From assembly GCA_963662285.2 (NCBI GenBank), contig CAXXMV010000008.1, forward strand, positions 1,536,001 through 1,600,000: a stretch of 64,000 nucleotides of DNA, read 5' to 3'. Position numbers and translations under genes: made by a program. The notes under the pieces were generated by a model. That model was not told the DNA's origin and did no database searches. It saw only the letters and a list, made by a program, of their open reading frames with translations. Positions 60,701 through 64,000 of the stretch are shown here, in pieces. Every line of letters begins with the position of its first letter. Position 1 is the stretch's first letter. This stretch comes from a bacterium. Lineage in GTDB: Bacteria > Hinthialibacterota > Hinthialibacteria > Hinthialibacterales > Hinthialibacteraceae.

Positions 60701-62359
60701 GACCTGGGTAGAAAAGCGCCCGACGCAGCCCAATGCGGCCCCGTAAAAAAAGATAAATGGGTGGGAATCTTCTATTGGACATGGCACACGCCAGGACGCG
60801 GCGGCCCCTACGATAACACCAAGATACTGGCGACCGCCAAGGATGGCGCAGTAGAATGGCCGCCCACACAAGGCTCGCATCACTGGGGCGAACCGGAACT
60901 GGGTTACTACCTGATGACCGATCCCTTTGTCATCCGCAAACACGCCAGCATGTTAGTCGACGCCGGGGTTGATGTTGTATTATTCGACACCACCAATCCA
61001 CCCTTCACCTGGAAGGATCAATACGAAGCCTTGTGCCGCGAGTATACCGCCATGCGTCAAGAAGGCGCCCGGACGCCTCAGATCGGTTTCATCGGCCCCT
61101 TTGGCAATCCATGTCCAGTAACCGATATCCTGTGGAAGGATTTGTATAAACCGGGCAAATGGAAAGACCTGTGGTTCGAGTGGGATGGTAAGCCATTTAT
61201 ATTAGCGAACAAAGAATATATCAAAGATAAAGAGATGTTGGATTTCTTCACCTTCCGCCGCCCCATGCCTGATTACTGGATCGGACCCAGCGGGCCGGAT
61301 CAATGGAGTTGGCTGGAAGTGCATCCTCAGCACGTTTTCAAAAACAGCCAGGGCGAAACGGAGCAAATGAGCGTCGGCGTCGCCCAAAACGCCATACCTA
61401 ACACCCCCGGCCCTGCCCCCATGAGCCACAAAATCGGCGCCATGGGACGCAGCTGGAGCAACGGCAAAAAAGATCCGCGCCAGGATGCGGTAAACCTGGG
61501 ACTCAATTTCGACGAACAATGGAACCGCGTCATGGAAGTAAACCCAAAGTTCGTCTTCGTAACGGGATGGAACGAATGGATCGCAGGCCGTTATTATAAA
61601 TGGTCCAAATACACCGATGGTGATTGCTACTATCCCGGCGGCATGTTCGTTGATCAATACAATCATGAATACAGCCGCGATTGCGAACCAATGCGCAGCG
61701 GACATACCGACAACTACTACTATCAACTGGCCAGCTGGATTCGGCGCTACAAAGGCGTCAGAGAACAACCTACAGCCCAAGGTTCGAGCGAAATAACCAT
61801 CGATGGTTGCTTTAATGACTGGAGCAAGGTTACTCCAGAGTTCCACGACGCAATCGGCGATACCAGCCACCGCGACCATCCGGGATACGGAGAACTGGTT
61901 TACCAGAATGATACCGGCCGCAACGATTTTGTAATTAGCAAGGCGGCCTATGATGAGAACAACATGTATTTCTTCGCGCAGACTTTGGAAAACATCACGC
62001 CCCATACAGACCCGTTCTGGATGCTGCTACTGCTTGACGCGGATCAAGACGCCAGCACTGGCTGGTTAGGCTATGATTTCATCATCAATCTCGAAACGCT
62101 GAGTTCAACCAAAACCACCATAAAAAAATGGAGCAATGGAAACTGGCAAAATGCTGGGGAAACCTCATATAATGTCAATGGCAACGGTTTGGAATTATCC
62201 ATCCCCCGATCCATGATCGGCATGACTGGAGTAACACCGTCACTAGATTTTCATTGGGCGGATAACATCCAGAGTTTCGCTGATGTATCAGAACTGGGCG
62301 TCAATGGAGACAGCGCCCCCAACCGGAGATGGAACTACCGCTATCAAACAGCGCAATAA
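57731..62359 (+). CDS. Fusion of GH78 alpha-L-rhamnosidase and a GH99-like hydrolase
   Basis: FNLGQNFSG, FTYHGFQF, PTDCPQRDERFGWTGD, GATSIWERW and NSFSHY. From about 60670 it is a full paralog of 55927-57699. Confidence 0.9.
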   Translation: MNKTSFAKHLCLSISLLFILSYQSHAQSSVSDLSIDSLQCEYLTNPCGIDETAPRLSWIVKSETRGQKQTAYQILVASNPDILASDKGDLWDSRKIESSETVNIVYCGKNLLSRKVCYWKVRAWDKDSRASSWSKPAQWSMGLLQPNDWKAEWISFKDDAPIQATPQNMELPPARYYRKSFSLNKTIQRATIYSTALGIYELQINGERITRQMFTPGWSDYNQRVYYNTFDVTGMIKRGKNALGAIVADGWYSGYLGYALLVGYGPDKCGRYIYGKTPSLMTQLEIEYQDGSKSIIKTDKTWKVSTGPIVHSDMLMGETYDARLEQKGWSTSEYSDITWDNAIRAEENGSLKKTFYDQGGAREIDLGFSTPKKIQAYPSVPIQPTELINPVEITEQAPGVYIFNLGQNFSGVVRIKVHGEEGSKIQIRHGEMLHPDGRLMTENLRKAKATDEYILRGDEGYETWMPRFTYHGFQFVELTGLTEKPTLETVTGIVIHSDTPMVSSFECSDPMVNKLFKNITWTQRANFFEIPTDCPQRDERFGWTGDAQIYVRAACYNADAAAFYTKWLDDLEEAQLPNGAYPDYAPYPMMHGKPQRGFATAWMDAGIICPYTVYKVYNDLRVIERHYDSMQRFMQFRQTNSPDYLGVNIGNGWGDWLSLDQNTPIEYIDTVYFANSAKLMSEMAAAIGKTDDAETYQKLFQNIKNAFQEKYIDAEGKLTIDNQTTYAIALDVDLIPDKFRQSAADRLVELIEQNETRMSTGFLGTRPLLPVLTDTGHNDLAVQLLQSRRFPSWGYEVANGATSIWERWNSYTKDKGFFSVSMNSFSHYSFGAVCEWMFRDLAGIDAQEGGFKNIIIKPNPPTPGSNPEHKAINWVKAQYKSNRGLIKTQWKLEADQFQLDVAIPANTQATVYLPAVALNKVMVNDKNVDKADGVSVTGMEEDRTILTIESGQYRFESTMNVSAPKKTTSLFQGKPYKGGDTFADTWVATDDLGRKAPDAAQCGPVKKDKWVGIFYWTWHTPGRGGPYDNTKILATAKDGAVEWPPTQGSHHWGEPELGYYLMTDPFVIRKHASMLVDAGVDVVLFDTTNPPFTWKDQYEALCREYTAMRQEGARTPQIGFIGPFGNPCPVTDILWKDLYKPGKWKDLWFEWDGKPFILANKEYIKDKEMLDFFTFRRPMPDYWIGPSGPDQWSWLEVHPQHVFKNSQGETEQMSVGVAQNAIPNTPGPAPMSHKIGAMGRSWSNGKKDPRQDAVNLGLNFDEQWNRVMEVNPKFVFVTGWNEWIAGRYYKWSKYTDGDCYYPGGMFVDQYNHEYSRDCEPMRSGHTDNYYYQLASWIRRYKGVREQPTAQGSSEITIDGCFNDWSKVTPEFHDAIGDTSHRDHPGYGELVYQNDTGRNDFVISKAAYDENNMYFFAQTLENITPHTDPFWMLLLLDADQDASTGWLGYDFIINLETLSSTKTTIKKWSNGNWQNAGETSYNVNGNGLELSIPRSMIGMTGVTPSLDFHWADNIQSFADVSELGVNGDSAPNRRWNYRYQTAQ

Positions 62360-62363
62360 TAAC

Positions 62364-62448
62364 GTAGGGCGCGCCCCTTGTGGGCGCCCGGAATACGCAT
62401 CAACCACGGGTGAAAGCATAATCGGGTAACCACAAGGGTTACCCCTAC
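62364..62448. repeat. Inverted GTAG-REP doublet (REPIN-like)
   Basis: GTAGGGCGCGCCCCTTGTGGGCGCCC..GGGTAACCACAAGGGTTACCCCTAC. Confidence 0.85.
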
Positions 62449-62480
62449 ATTTGATGATCATTCCTGGTAGTTAGACACGA

Positions 62481-62525
62481 TGGGTGCCAAGGGCAGTGTA
62501 TTTTCTGCCCTTGATCAAGCCACCC
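62481..62525 (+). repeat. Family-A bulged hairpin
   Basis: TGGGTGCCAAGGGCAGTGTATTTTCTGCCCTTGATCAAGCCACCC. Confidence 0.88.
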
Positions 62526-62628
62526 AATATAAGGTGAACTGAAAACGTTTTCAACAATTTTATTTTATGTCGGGTATTTAACATTGTTTTTAACATATCA
62601 AGCAATCTAAACTATACGGAGTCTTTCC

Positions 62629-64000
62629 ATGAAATTTCCTTTCGAGCAGGTTGAGTCGCGTCTTAAAGAATTTTCGCAACGTCAATACTACTATTCACGC
62701 ATCGAGCGCTGCCAGAATATCCGAATCGCTAATGACGACATCGGCGATCCATTCGACTTTGCCGTAAAAAACGGCCAATGGAAAAAGTTCAGCGCCGGTC
62801 AAAAATGGCCTGATATAGATTCATATTACTGGCTGCAAGCGCAGGTCTGCACGCCTGACGATTTCCCCAAGGCGCCGCTGCTATTATTGATGCGGCTTTC
62901 AAAAGACCTGACCCTGCATACTCCTGAGGGCATGGTATACGTCGATGGAAAGATGCGTCATGGCATCGACCGTATGCATGACGTGGTGCGGCTCAGCGAG
63001 TCAGCTGTCGCAAACCAGAAATATCAGATAGCCGTGCGGGTCTATTCCGGCTCGCCCATGATTGACCTGCGGCCCGCATCCGTCCAGCCCGCCCAATTGG
63101 AGGAATGCGCTGTGGCTTCGTTGAATCAGGCGGCCTATGATTTTTATCATCAAGCCCGAACCATGCATCAAGCCATTGCCACCATGCCCGATGATTCCTA
63201 CATTCGCGGTCAGCTGCTGGGTTTATTGGTCGAAGCCTTCAACCGAATTGATTATTGCTACCCCCGCTCAGACGAGTTCTATGCATCAATCACCAAATCC
63301 TTGCGCTTGCTGAAAAGTGAACTAAAAAAGATCGACGTCCCGCCTTTACCCGAAACCGTAACCGGGGTGGGACATTCCCATATCGACGTAGCCTGGTTAT
63401 GGCCGCTAAGCCGCACCCGCGAAAAATCAGCCCATACTTTCTCCACCGTACTCGACTTAATGGAACGCTATCCCGACTATAAATTCGTGCAAAGCCAGGC
63501 TCAGCTCTATGAATACATCAAACAGGATGAGCCGGGGCTTTATAAAAAGATCAAGCAAAAAATCAAAAACGGCCAATGGGAAGCCGAAGGCGGCATGTGG
63601 GTTGAAGCCGACTGCAACCTCACCTCCGGCGAATCGCTGGTCCGGCAGTTCTTGTATGGCCAGCGATTCTTTGAAGATGAACTGGGCGTCAAATGCAAGA
63701 CCCTGTGGCTGCCGGATGTTTTCGGCTACAGCTGGGCGCTGCCCCAGATTCTCAAAGGCGCCGAAATCGAAAACTTCGTCACCTCAAAAATTTCCTGGAA
63801 CCAATACAACCAGATGCCCTTCGATCTGTTCCGCTGGCGCGGCATGGATGGCAGCGAAGTGCTGACCAGTTTCCTGACCGCGCCCTGCCACCAATGGTTC
63901 TACACTTACAACGGCTTGATGGAACCCGGTGAAATCAAGGGAACCTGGCAGAATTTCAAACCAAAATCGCTGCACAACGAAGTGCTGCTATCCTATGGAT
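62629..64000 (+). CDS. GH38 alpha-mannosidase, 3'-truncated by the window edge (absent from the ORF track)
   Basis: Manual translation from ATG 62629 after GGAG gives GHSHIDVAWLWP, GGMWVEADCN, GESLVRQFLYG and WLPDVFGYS. Confidence 0.95.
   Translation, partial: MKFPFEQVESRLKEFSQRQYYYSRIERCQNIRIANDDIGDPFDFAVKNGQWKKFSAGQKWPDIDSYYWLQAQVCTPDDFPKAPLLLLMRLSKDLTLHTPEGMVYVDGKMRHGIDRMHDVVRLSESAVANQKYQIAVRVYSGSPMIDLRPASVQPAQLEECAVASLNQAAYDFYHQARTMHQAIATMPDDSYIRGQLLGLLVEAFNRIDYCYPRSDEFYASITKSLRLLKSELKKIDVPPLPETVTGVGHSHIDVAWLWPLSRTREKSAHTFSTVLDLMERYPDYKFVQSQAQLYEYIKQDEPGLYKKIKQKIKNGQWEAEGGMWVEADCNLTSGESLVRQFLYGQRFFEDELGVKCKTLWLPDVFGYSWALPQILKGAEIENFVTSKISWNQYNQMPFDLFRWRGMDGSEVLTSFLTAPCHQWFYTYNGLMEPGEIKGTWQNFKPKSLHNEVLLSYG

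Overview
Bacterial chromosomal window from a diderm, polysaccharide-degrading heterotroph. It carries many secreted glycoside hydrolases, a sulfatase, Tat-exported Gfo/Idh/MocA oxidoreductases, ThuA and DUF1080 proteins, galE-galT, amtB-glnK and a chemoreceptor. Three paralogous pilin-like genes and a short Trp-containing C-terminal motif suggest a Sumerlaeota/OLB16-like lineage (inference from recalled family patterns, not searched). I found no rRNA, tRNA, CRISPR array, integrase, reverse transcriptase or intact transposase. The non-coding DNA is the most unusual part. Many intergenic gaps hold a bulged-hairpin repeat with compensatory base changes (about 12 copies), GTAG-type REPs, or BoxC-like hairpins. 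Two IS4-ended MITEs with perfect 10-bp target duplications sit inside such hairpins and carry other hairpins as cargo. Other highlights: a pilin whose leader is an IS3 OrfA fragment; a single-chain pseudo-heterodimeric class III nucleotide cyclase lacking the canonical base-specifying Lys/Glu; an AT-rich PIN nuclease plus 256-aa partner; a candidate C-terminal sorting signal; and a sigma54 porin/amine-chemoreceptor operon. Six +1 frameshifts at 31.0-34.3 kb are probably assembly errors. All product calls come from motif recognition by eye.
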